From Bdellovibrionia bacterium (GTDB taxonomy: Bacteria; Bdellovibrionota; UBA1018), in the NCBI GenBank assembly GCA_045805065.1, contig JBJMMA010000237.1, positions 1 through 16,174 on the forward strand: a stretch of DNA of 16,174 nucleotides. Reading direction: 5' to 3'. The position numbers and the translations under genes were made by a program. The notes under the pieces are model-generated. The model saw only the letters and a program-made list of their open reading frames with translations, did not search any database and was not told where the DNA came from. This document shows positions 7,225-15,023 of the stretch, piece after piece. How positions within the stretch are numbered: position 1 is the first letter of the stretch; each line of letters starts with the position of its first letter.

Positions 7225-8334
7225 TTAGAATAAAATGTGGATTCCTAAGCCTGCTTCAACTCCGCCCACTTCGCCTGCCGGATTGCTCGAAATAAATGCC
7301 GTGGATTTCGGGCGATATCCAAGAGTTGGCGAAACCGCATAGCTCTTGCCCAGGCGCCATTCGTACTGGGCGCGGAGCAGGCCGCCTAAAAATCCTGAGG
7401 CGTAAGTTCCACCCAGGCCAAGCATGAAGCTTCCACGAGGATGGTTATAGTTCTCTTCATCACCGATGAAGTTCCAGCCATGGACAAACAAAAGAGTCGC
7501 GTTGACGCCCGAGTAAAGGTCCACGGTGGAGCTGGTTGATCCTACGATGCTTGAGGCGTTCTTTAGGACATCGATCTCAAATCCCACTTCTTTGTGGCGA
7601 TTGTCGTAGCGCTCGACGGCGCGGAAGCCGATGCCTGCAGCGCCAGTACGTTCGCCCACATTTGGCTCAGAAAGATAAAGCACTCCCAGGCGATATTGAA
7701 TCGTCGGGACATACTCTGCCTGCTTGCGGGAGTCATCAATCTGGCTGTAATCGACGCCGCGGCGGGCAGCCGAGGTGCGCGAGTTTTCAGAATTATAAGT
7801 TCTGCTCCAGATGATCGTTCCTTGCTCGGGATCCGTAATATGGAGAGAGAGAAGCATTCCCGAAGATTGATAGGCGAATGAAACGTCCATGAAATGAAGG
7901 ATGCCGTTCTCTTTGGCGATCCTGGATAATTCAACTGGGTTTGAGTCAGGTGAGCTCACGACGACCTTATCGCCGCTGAGCTGCGTGCGCTTGGAGCGGC
8001 ACTGCAGACACTGAATCACGCGAGTCTTGCTGGTCTTCAAAATACGCTCACTCACCAGAAGCTCAAGATGGCTTCGGAATGAAGGAGGCACGTTCTCGCT
8101 CATGGCGATGTTGCGCACAGAAAGATCTTTGAGGCCTTGAACGTTTCCGTTCTTTAGGTCGTATTCAAAATCAGAAAGCACATCTTCGAGCACTTCGTAG
8201 AAGTTTCTGGTCTTTGAATCGCTGTCGGCGGCTTTCGCGACAGAAGGGTGAACGCCCGCCACAAGTGCCAGCCCTACGGCCAAAGCCGCGCTGATGCTGA
8301 GATTTTTAAATGTCCTGTTCAATAGACGTCGCAC
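7225..8334 (-). CDS. Exported protein: N-terminal alpha/beta domain with CxxC (possibly CsgG/TolB-N/FlgO-like) plus probable C-terminal outer-membrane beta-barrel
   Basis: Signal peptide ending AKA; CLQC; LSLHITDPEQGTIIWSRTY pattern; C-terminal alternating Gly/aromatic strands ending GLGIHILF (terminal Phe, BAM-type signal). GTG at 8334 is preferred over 8352 because AAGGAG lies 6 nt upstream and the putative promoter position fits. Confidence 0.7.
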   Translation of the reverse strand: MRRLLNRTFKNLSISAALAVGLALVAGVHPSVAKAADSDSKTRNFYEVLEDVLSDFEYDLKNGNVQGLKDLSVRNIAMSENVPPSFRSHLELLVSERILKTSKTRVIQCLQCRSKRTQLSGDKVVVSSPDSNPVELSRIAKENGILHFMDVSFAYQSSGMLLSLHITDPEQGTIIWSRTYNSENSRTSAARRGVDYSQIDDSRKQAEYVPTIQYRLGVLYLSEPNVGERTGAAGIGFRAVERYDNRHKEVGFEIDVLKNASSIVGSTSSTVDLYSGVNATLLFVHGWNFIGDEENYNHPRGSFMLGLGGTYASGFLGGLLRAQYEWRLGKSYAVSPTLGYRPKSTAFISSNPAGEVGGVEAGLGIHILF

Positions 8335-8356
8335 TTGAGGCTCCTTCCTCACTTGC

Positions 8357-8383
8357 TCTTCGGAGTTTCACCGCAGGGCTTGA
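8357..8383 (-). promoter_or_regulatory. Putative sigma28 (FliA)-type promoter for the motor-like operon
   Basis: Minus strand TCAA-N15-TCCGAAGA versus consensus TAAA-N15-GCCGATAA, just upstream of the RBS of the first gene. Confidence 0.55.
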
Positions 8384-8443
8384 TGAAAAAGTGCGTATTT
8401 CTGGACACTCCTTTTCTCTTTGTACGAAATGAACAAAATTGCC

Positions 8444-8471
8444 TCACGCTCTGGGAACTATTTGCCGAGAA
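8444..8471 (+). promoter_or_regulatory. Possible sigma28-type promoter for the divergent lipoprotein
   Basis: TCAC-N16-GCCGAGAA. The -10 box matches 7/8, but the -35 is weak and the site is very close to the ATG. Confidence 0.35.
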
Positions 8472-8480
8472 AAAGGGGAG

Positions 8481-9575
8481 ATGAAAGCGAGTCTTCGTCA
8501 TAGAATTGGGTCCGTCAAGTGGCTGACGCTGATGCTTGGAGCCGGGGGTGCCTGGCTTGGAGTCGCAGGGTGCAGCACAACGAACACCCTTTCTCCGCAT
8601 GAACCAGCGAAAGAAGTCGCGTTGCCAGCGTACGCTTATCTGCCGCATCCGGCAGGGCATACAACGGGCGATGTCATCAGCCTTTTTACTGAGAGGGGTG
8701 CGCCCTCGCGCGTGACTATGGCCAAGTGCGAGGATGAATTCCGCACGCTTTACTCCAAGGCGCAAAGTATCGAAGAGCGCACAAAAGGCGTTCGGGAACT
8801 AGTGAGTCGCAATCCTGCAGCCTATCATTGGTGTTTCTATTCTCAGATCCTTGGTCTTGAGGAAGGGCTGAGTCAGGATGAGTTTGTTGATCAGAAGCAA
8901 AAACGCGTCATGACGACCTACGAGTATCTCGTCCCGGTTGCTCGCGCTTTCATGAAAGAGTTCCAGGATTCCCGCTATCTCAGATGGGCCATTCAGGACT
9001 ATCGGCGCCTTGCGGATCTGTATTTCTATCGCAAGCTCGAGATGTCGCCCCATATGAGCAGCGAACTGGTGGATGTTGCCGTTCCGGTGGACGAGCGTTC
9101 GTCAGCTCGCAATGAGGGCGCTGCCCAAGATGCGAAAAAGATGAGCGTACTCGAGAAGTATAAGATCGGAAACGCTCTTCCTGAATCCTCCGTCCTTGTT
9201 CAAGCGAAACAGCAGGCAGATGATGAGAGCGCAGCAATTCCAAAGAAGGCCGAGTTGCCACCTCCTGTTGTCGAAGCCGTGGCTGAGAAGAAAGAAGAGC
9301 CAGCTGAGCCTGCAGTTACGGATCCGGATGTTCAAGACACGATTCAGACTGCGATGGAGCTTGCTCGCCAACGCAAGGAAACGGCGACTCAAAACCGGGC
9401 TCCTGCCGGGAAGGTCGAGTCGGCCCCTGCTATGATACCAGCTCAAGCTCTAGTGCCTGCACCGGCGGTTGTTCCAGTTGCTGCTCCAGTTACAGCCCCG
9501 GTTGCTGCCCCGGCTCCAAAAGTTGTCTCACCGGTGACAGAGCCTCCCAAAGAAGAACTTCCTGCAATCGAGTGA
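8481..9575 (+). CDS. Hypothetical lipoprotein with helical core and Pro/Ala/Glu-rich C-terminal tail
   Basis: ATG at 8481 after a purine-rich stretch; lipobox VAGC; helical domain with two Cys (AKCEDEF, YHWCFY); low-complexity PAPAVVPVAAP tail. Confidence 0.75.
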   Translation: MKASLRHRIGSVKWLTLMLGAGGAWLGVAGCSTTNTLSPHEPAKEVALPAYAYLPHPAGHTTGDVISLFTERGAPSRVTMAKCEDEFRTLYSKAQSIEERTKGVRELVSRNPAAYHWCFYSQILGLEEGLSQDEFVDQKQKRVMTTYEYLVPVARAFMKEFQDSRYLRWAIQDYRRLADLYFYRKLEMSPHMSSELVDVAVPVDERSSARNEGAAQDAKKMSVLEKYKIGNALPESSVLVQAKQQADDESAAIPKKAELPPPVVEAVAEKKEEPAEPAVTDPDVQDTIQTAMELARQRKETATQNRAPAGKVESAPAMIPAQALVPAPAVVPVAAPVTAPVAAPAPKVVSPVTEPPKEELPAIE

Positions 9576-9605
9576 AGTGGAGTGAGTGAAGTCGATTAAG
9601 CGTGA

Positions 9606-9637
9606 AGGCGCGAGTGCAAAAGCCTGCCTCCGCGCCT
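9606..9637. terminator. Imperfect GC-rich hairpin between convergent genes
   Basis: AGGCGCG (9606-9612) pairs with CGCGCCT (9631-9637), with partial inner pairing; no clear U-tract. Confidence 0.3.
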
Positions 9638-9653
9638 GTTCGAAATGTACCGA

Positions 9654-11501
9654 TTAGAACTGATCAGGGTTATAGCCGCGGTTGCGCAGCTCGCGTTTGA
9701 CGCCCTCGAGCAAGGACTGAATTCGGGATCTTTCGCGAACGTAATCGATATTCACAAGCCCTGCGGGTTTGCTCTCGAGAATTTTATCGAGCGTTTTGAG
9801 CTCCTGCATCTGGTTGACATAGGCGGAAGACGCATTCGTTGCAGCGATAGGGCGCCTCGTGACCAGTGATACTTCAGTACCCCGTTCGTTATTCAGGACA
9901 GAGCGTGAAGGACCTGCTTCTGCCTGAGCCCTCAAGGCCTGGAAATTTTCGTTCAGGGCCTCATTGGCATTTCTGAAGCCACTTGCTTCAAAGTCAGTTT
10001 TGGCATTCTCCACGAACATTTTTGCAGCACCTTCAGTGTCACCCGCACGGATTCTCATGCCGAGAAGCGCTTCGCGGTCCCGCTGGGAGGCCAGCATATC
10101 GGGCGCGTTTTTTAATACACGGTCATACTGCGAAAGCGCATCCTTGGTCAAAGCCTGGCCTGAAGTCAGATCGCCCACGGAAGCTGCCGATTCCCCTGCG
10201 ACTCGGTTTGCTTCAGCAAGGCCACGGACGTTGCGAAGGTACTCGCGCTTCTCGGCGGCGGTCATTGAGGAGAAGCGATACCCCTGGCTGTCCACTTCCC
10301 GAAGGAGTCGGTCTCTTAAATCAAATACTTTGAGTCGAGACTCCTGCTCGTATTTTGGGAGTATCTTGAAAGTTTTTGTCTGGGACATCGATGCTCTGAT
10401 TCCGGCTGAATCGGCAGACGATCCTGCAATCCCGTTTCTCATCAGAATGGCACGCTCGCGGGAAGTGAAACCTGCGCGTCTTAAAATGCGCGCCTTGTCG
10501 CGAAGCTGTTCCGGGGTGTAAGTCATGAAACCTGCACCGGTGTCTTTACCCACTTCGTGGGCAGCAATGAGCGCATCTTTTTCTGCCTTCGAAAGAGTTC
10601 TGCCTAAAAGAAATTCGGCCACACCTTTTCGATCAGCGTTGGACAACCCGCCAGCCGTGGGCATGATTGCGTCTCCAGCCTTGGCAAGCTTGCTGGCTGC
10701 AGCCTCGACCTGAACTGATTTGGACAACTCGACAAGGCGATTCAAGCGAGCCACGCGGAAAGCTGCAATTGCTGGTCCGGCCGCCGTGAGGGCTGCGACC
10801 GTGCCGGCTTCACAGTACATCTCTGCCAGAGCCTCGGTATTGTAGCACTCGCGTTTGACTTTCAGCTCATCCAGAAGCTTTCCTGCCGCTGCCTTTAGAT
10901 CAACAGTTTTCTTGAGATCCCGTTTCACTGGATTGATTTCTTTTGAGACGTCAGCGGCGCTTTTCTCAGTCATTCTTTGCGTGACGTTGTAAGCCTTGGT
11001 GTTGAACTCCTTGAGGAGGTCCGAGCAGGACATTCTTTCAAGACTTTGCGTGGGCGGGGTCTTGAAGCTCTCACCGGGGGGAAGCGCATCGTTGAACTGG
11101 TCGATCATATCGAGTTTTTGCTCGATATCCGAATTACAGGTCGAAGAATGGGTTGCGAATGCGTAAATGCCTTTTAGAACATCCCAAATAGCTTTGCCTG
11201 TGGCATTCCACGCTCCCAGGCTGCATCCTTTCGTGCGTGCGATGGCTGCATCCAATGATGTTCGCTCACAGAAGCTCTTCATGTCGCAGGAGTAGAGCTT
11301 CTCCGAGTCTTTGATATCAGCGCAGGCCGCGGCGCGTGTTACTTCGCATCCTTTTTCGAGAACGCCGTTCGAATGGTTACTGAGTGTCGAAGCTGCACAG
11401 CTTTTCTCGGAGAAACAGGGGCTATCCGATGAATACGACTGGGGAACGTTACTTAGAATGGCAAGTACTGCGACTGTGAAAAACCTGTAGGCTTTCTGCA
11501 C
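9654..11501 (-). CDS. Secreted hypothetical protein, Cys-rich N-terminal part and Cys-free helical C-terminal part
   Basis: 615-aa ORF; GTG start with GAGGGGG RBS; signal peptide; 11 Cys in aa 29-230 and none afterwards; hydrophobic segment at aa ~232-250. Confidence 0.8.
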   Translation of the reverse strand: MQKAYRFFTVAVLAILSNVPQSYSSDSPCFSEKSCAASTLSNHSNGVLEKGCEVTRAAACADIKDSEKLYSCDMKSFCERTSLDAAIARTKGCSLGAWNATGKAIWDVLKGIYAFATHSSTCNSDIEQKLDMIDQFNDALPPGESFKTPPTQSLERMSCSDLLKEFNTKAYNVTQRMTEKSAADVSKEINPVKRDLKKTVDLKAAAGKLLDELKVKRECYNTEALAEMYCEAGTVAALTAAGPAIAAFRVARLNRLVELSKSVQVEAAASKLAKAGDAIMPTAGGLSNADRKGVAEFLLGRTLSKAEKDALIAAHEVGKDTGAGFMTYTPEQLRDKARILRRAGFTSRERAILMRNGIAGSSADSAGIRASMSQTKTFKILPKYEQESRLKVFDLRDRLLREVDSQGYRFSSMTAAEKREYLRNVRGLAEANRVAGESAASVGDLTSGQALTKDALSQYDRVLKNAPDMLASQRDREALLGMRIRAGDTEGAAKMFVENAKTDFEASGFRNANEALNENFQALRAQAEAGPSRSVLNNERGTEVSLVTRRPIAATNASSAYVNQMQELKTLDKILESKPAGLVNIDYVRERSRIQSLLEGVKRELRNRGYNPDQF

Positions 11502-11532
11502 GCGGATTCCCCCTCAATTGTCTCTAGAAGAA

Positions 11533-11559
11533 GTATCGGAATATTTACTGATTTTATTA
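11533..11559 (-). promoter_or_regulatory. Putative sigma28-type promoter of the 615-aa secreted protein gene
   Basis: Minus strand TAAT-N15-TCCGATAC, upstream of the RBS. Confidence 0.55.
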
Positions 11560-11592
11560 AATGCAGACCTTTACGTCAGTGCCCGGCCCGAC

Positions 11593-11609
11593 TGTCTAAG
11601 GTTTAGACA
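11593..11609. promoter_or_regulatory. Perfect 7-bp inverted repeat TGTCTAA-N3-TTAGACA; candidate transcription-factor or enhancer site
   Basis: Dyad in a divergent intergenic region, about 50 bp upstream of a sigma54-like -24/-12 element. Confidence 0.5.
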
Positions 11610-11659
11610 CTCTGAAGTCCTGCGGAGCGCTTTATCTGGGGCAGGACCGGTAGGATCTC

Positions 11660-11675
11660 TGGCATGTGCACTGCA
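11660..11675 (+). promoter_or_regulatory. Putative sigma54 (-24/-12) promoter
   Basis: TGGCATGTGCACTGCA gives GG-N10-GC, close to TGGCAC-N5-TTGCA; followed by an AGGAG RBS and ATG at 11701. Confidence 0.6.
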
Positions 11676-11700
11676 GTCTTATGTGGCCAGGAGACTGAGT

Positions 11701-12141
11701 ATGAGTTCAAAAACGCTTTCCTTGTCAGCCATGATTTTGGTGCTTCTTGGAGCCGGTGTTGCGGATGCAGCGGTCAAGGTTCAGTGCAAAGGAATGGTTC
11801 AGGACGTGAACTATTGTTTAGATGATATGTGTTCAGATAACGCATCTTTGGTTTTGAAAGATTTTGATCGCCCATATTCGATGGATTTTCGGTTTTCAGG
11901 CGAAGCGAATTCGAAATTAAATACTAAAGACTACGATTATAAAGAGCACTACGAATTCATTCTTTCTAAAATCGAAGGTTCCACAGTTCTTGAGTTAGAA
12001 GTTCGCGCCAAAAGCAGTGTCGGCCATCCAAATCTTAAAATTGGGGTAATACGTGGCCAGAAATTTCGTTTCGATTACAAGACCCCAGTTGACACTTATA
12101 ATTACACCAATCATGTCTTGAAGTGCGAGCTGAGTGAATAG
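11701..12141 (+). CDS. Small secreted hypothetical protein (AT-rich gene)
   Basis: ATG at 11701 with AGGAG RBS; signal peptide ending ADA; four Cys; visibly AT-richer than the flanks. Confidence 0.7.
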   Translation: MSSKTLSLSAMILVLLGAGVADAAVKVQCKGMVQDVNYCLDDMCSDNASLVLKDFDRPYSMDFRFSGEANSKLNTKDYDYKEHYEFILSKIEGSTVLELEVRAKSSVGHPNLKIGVIRGQKFRFDYKTPVDTYNYTNHVLKCELSE

Positions 12142-12166
12142 TTCAATCCTCTCAAGGTCAAAGTAT

Positions 12167-12874
12167 ATGAATACCAAAGTTATGGCGCTGGGGCTGATGA
12201 TCTCAACAGCATTCGTCTCAGCATGTTTTGCTCAAGATAGTTCGTGCACTTCTAAAAAGGCGCGCTTAAATGGCGAGACCGTCGTGCTGGACGAGAAATG
12301 CATGCTGAGCTTCCCAGGCTATGGGAACAATCATTTTGGCAGATCCTATATCGATCAGGTGGGAGAGCTCTTCGTTTTTGCTCAGGTGGCAGAGACGGGC
12401 GTTGATTCCAAGGACTATGGATCTCGGACCTATTTTTTGCTCCCGGTTCGTCAGACGTCAGACTTTGAAGTGAATGAGTCGACAGGCGAGCTTGTGATCC
12501 ATCATTCTTCTGGCGAGACCATGACGCTTGCTCCGGACTTCAAGGTCAAGTCTTTCACAGGCGTTGAGTTTGTCGAGGCCGAGAAAAGCAGTGACGCCAA
12601 TAAGGGCGGCTTTGAGATCAAGAAATACAGCAACGGGATTCTTCTCGATACGGGCTGGACGCATTCTGCAATCACGATCAAGGCGGAAGGACAATCCACT
12701 TTCATGGATCGCACTGGAAAGACGTGCGTGGTGAAAAACAAAGAGATCTTTGATTTTTCGGGTGAGTATGCCGAGAACGCTAATTTCAAATATCCGGGTA
12801 GCAAAGAGCTTCAAGTTTATCTGAAGAAGCGCTGCCCGAAGCTGGATCTATCTCCGCTTCAATCCCAAAAGTAA
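12167..12874 (+). CDS. Secreted hypothetical beta-rich protein
   Basis: ATG at 12167 begins a signal peptide (MNTKVMALGLMISTAFVSACFA); paired Cys near both ends; no recognised family. Confidence 0.75.
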   Translation: MNTKVMALGLMISTAFVSACFAQDSSCTSKKARLNGETVVLDEKCMLSFPGYGNNHFGRSYIDQVGELFVFAQVAETGVDSKDYGSRTYFLLPVRQTSDFEVNESTGELVIHHSSGETMTLAPDFKVKSFTGVEFVEAEKSSDANKGGFEIKKYSNGILLDTGWTHSAITIKAEGQSTFMDRTGKTCVVKNKEIFDFSGEYAENANFKYPGSKELQVYLKKRCPKLDLSPLQSQK

Positions 12875-12895
12875 AACCCTCAGAAAGAAAGTAGT

Positions 12896-13345
12896 ATGAA
12901 GAAATCCCATTTGTTTTTCCTGGTGCTGGCTCCCGTTCTATTCACGCTGACATCTTTTGCGAGAGCAGAGGACTCCTCAGCGGAGAAATCCTCATGCCAT
13001 TGCATTTTCAATGGGACAAAAGATTATCAGCTCTATGATGAGACCAAGAACTATTTCGGCAAACGCAAGGTTCATCGCAAGTGGACTTGCGAGTACACCT
13101 GTCATGTGGGATCGCTTACAGAAACCGTCAAGGGGAGTTACGATCTGGTCAATCGCGGCGATGATGACGGGCGTGAAGGAATCTGCGAAGGCACGGTCTA
13201 CGAATCCCAGTTCAACCAATTCGTGATGCGCGAAGTTTACACTTATAAGTCGAGCGAGACCTTCAATCCGAAAAAAGCGAAGGCCTCCGAGCTCAAGCAA
13301 TGGGCCGAGAGTCAGAACTGCGATAGAGGATCGATTTTCGACTAA
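12896..13345 (+). CDS. Small secreted Cys-rich hypothetical protein
   Basis: Signal peptide ending ARA; six Cys (CHC, CEYTC, GIC, QNC). Confidence 0.75.
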   Translation: MKKSHLFFLVLAPVLFTLTSFARAEDSSAEKSSCHCIFNGTKDYQLYDETKNYFGKRKVHRKWTCEYTCHVGSLTETVKGSYDLVNRGDDDGREGICEGTVYESQFNQFVMREVYTYKSSETFNPKKAKASELKQWAESQNCDRGSIFD

Positions 13346-13348
13346 GCG

Positions 13349-13618
13349 CTAAGCCGAATTCTCAAGCTCCGGATCAAAGCTCTGCCGCTCATTAGAGTAG
13401 AGCTTGTCGTATTTAGCCATAAATCCGGGCTGAAGCTCATCAAGCAGCTTTTTAAGCGTCTGGATTTCAATCTTCAGTCGACCGACTTCTGCTTTTCGGG
13501 ACAGAACTTCGCTGTCAAGCTGCTCACCCTGAACGATCAGTTCTTGCTTCAGGGTTTCAATTTGATGAGCCAGGTGTACCAGCTGTTCGGATGCGCCGCC
13601 AACATTCTCAGTTGCCAT
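13349..13618 (-). CDS. Small coiled-coil hypothetical protein
   Basis: 89-aa ORF with heptad-like Leu/Ile pattern, 38 bp downstream of the co-oriented M48 gene. Confidence 0.65.
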   Translation of the reverse strand: MATENVGGASEQLVHLAHQIETLKQELIVQGEQLDSEVLSRKAEVGRLKIEIQTLKKLLDELQPGFMAKYDKLYSNERQSFDPELENSA

Positions 13619-13656
13619 GCTGAATCTTAAAGCAATCGGGATACCGCTTTGTGTGC

Positions 13657-14976
13657 TCAGGCAGCCTTGTCGTTTTGTTCGCCTGCTGCCTTAAGTTCTG
13701 CGGTTCGCTCGAAATACTTCTCCAACACGCGAATGCGGAACTCAGTTACAGGGTGTCCCAATGAGATGAGCATCGATCCAGGATCACGCTTTTGAGGAAG
13801 ATTCGGGGAGCTCATGCGATCGAGTTTTCTCAACGCCGAGGACAGATCAGAAAGAGTCGCGCCCAAGTGTTCAATGGCGTGAATGTCGGCAGCAAACTCC
13901 TGATACCTGACGAGTTTTGCTAAAAGCCTGAACGCGAACACGAAAGAAATCAGAAGCGAGCTAAAGCCCACCATCGTCTGGCCCTGCTGCGAGACGCCCA
14001 TAAAGCGTGAGCAGAGTACGGAGAATCCTGTCATCAGAGCCGCGCATAAGATCAGTCCTGCAGAGAAAGTGAATCGTTTTTTCAAATGCTGAAGCTTCCA
14101 GTGGCTGATCTCATGAAGCACGACGGATTTGAATTCACCTTCGGTCAACTTGTTTACGAGTCCACTTGAGATGAAAAATCCTGGCTTGAAAAGACCACGA
14201 CCGTTTGGGAATCCGGCCATCATCGCACTTGCTTGGGCGCTTCCTTGGGCACTCCCTTGGGCACCGCTTGGAGCTCCCCCGGATTGGGTTTCGTGCGTGT
14301 CGATCAACCAGAACTCAGGCATAGGAGCCTTTGCGGAGGTGAAGAGCTCAGTCAGGGACTGACGAAGCTCGCCTTCGGGGGCAGCCTGGGCGTTCAAGAT
14401 CTTGCGGACAAAGAGGGCGCCAAGCGCAAAGCTTATGCAAAGTCCTCCGACGACCCCGACACCCATTCCAATAAGAACGAGTCCGAGCTTCACACCCATC
14501 GGCGCTTGAGACAGAACTCCGATCAGCGAAAAAGCAAAAACGGAGGTCAGAATCGAGGCCACGTAAGTCAGGCCTGCAAGCAGCGACCAGAAGAAAGTTC
14601 GGATAGCCTGCCAGTAAAAAGAGCCGCCGTTTTTCTCAAGATCCGCTCCAGCTACTTTTCCCTCCAGGTTTCGTTGGAGAGCAAGTTGGAGCAAAAAAGC
14701 AGTGAGAAAGAGGGGATAGGCAATGGCTGGATGTTCGCGCCGGATGGGCGTGGATCCAAAGAAAATCAGGATTTCGACGAGATTGATGAAGAATCCAGCC
14801 GTTCTGATGCGATAAAGCTCATCGGCGCGGTTCACTTCCTCGCGTTCGTCCAGCTTGGCTTGAAAGAAGCGCTCGAAGTAGTCGCACCAGAGGGCAAAAG
14901 CCGCAATTGGAATGGCAGTGAGGATCATAAGACCTGCCAGATTCATGACGCCCTGCTGTGCTAGTTCTTCATTCAT
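13657..14976 (-). CDS. M48-family (HtpX/Ste24-like) integral membrane zinc metalloprotease
   Basis: HEISH (HExxH), EFAAD third-ligand motif, HP...RI motif, multiple TM helices. Start placed at ATG 14976 so that it avoids overlap with meaB and lies downstream of the sigma28-like promoter. Confidence 0.88.
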   Translation of the reverse strand: MNEELAQQGVMNLAGLMILTAIPIAAFALWCDYFERFFQAKLDEREEVNRADELYRIRTAGFFINLVEILIFFGSTPIRREHPAIAYPLFLTAFLLQLALQRNLEGKVAGADLEKNGGSFYWQAIRTFFWSLLAGLTYVASILTSVFAFSLIGVLSQAPMGVKLGLVLIGMGVGVVGGLCISFALGALFVRKILNAQAAPEGELRQSLTELFTSAKAPMPEFWLIDTHETQSGGAPSGAQGSAQGSAQASAMMAGFPNGRGLFKPGFFISSGLVNKLTEGEFKSVVLHEISHWKLQHLKKRFTFSAGLILCAALMTGFSVLCSRFMGVSQQGQTMVGFSSLLISFVFAFRLLAKLVRYQEFAADIHAIEHLGATLSDLSSALRKLDRMSSPNLPQKRDPGSMLISLGHPVTEFRIRVLEKYFERTAELKAAGEQNDKAA

Positions 14977-14995
14977 AGACTCGACCCCGAACTCT

Positions 14996-15023
14996 TTATC
15001 GGGTATGAGTGGACTTATCTTTA
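14996..15023 (-). promoter_or_regulatory. Putative sigma28-type promoter of the M48 peptidase gene
   Basis: Minus strand TAAA-N16-CCCGATAA, near consensus; its -35 box touches the divergent meaB ATG. Confidence 0.65.

Noticed and set aside
11518..11700. N-terminal 61-aa extension of the 11518-12141 ORF
   Set aside because: This region holds promoter-like elements. The RBS and signal peptide indicate the start is ATG 11701.
13633..13659. Possible sigma28 promoter before the 89-aa gene (TGAG-N15-CCCGATTG)
   Set aside because: Both boxes are too degenerate to support.
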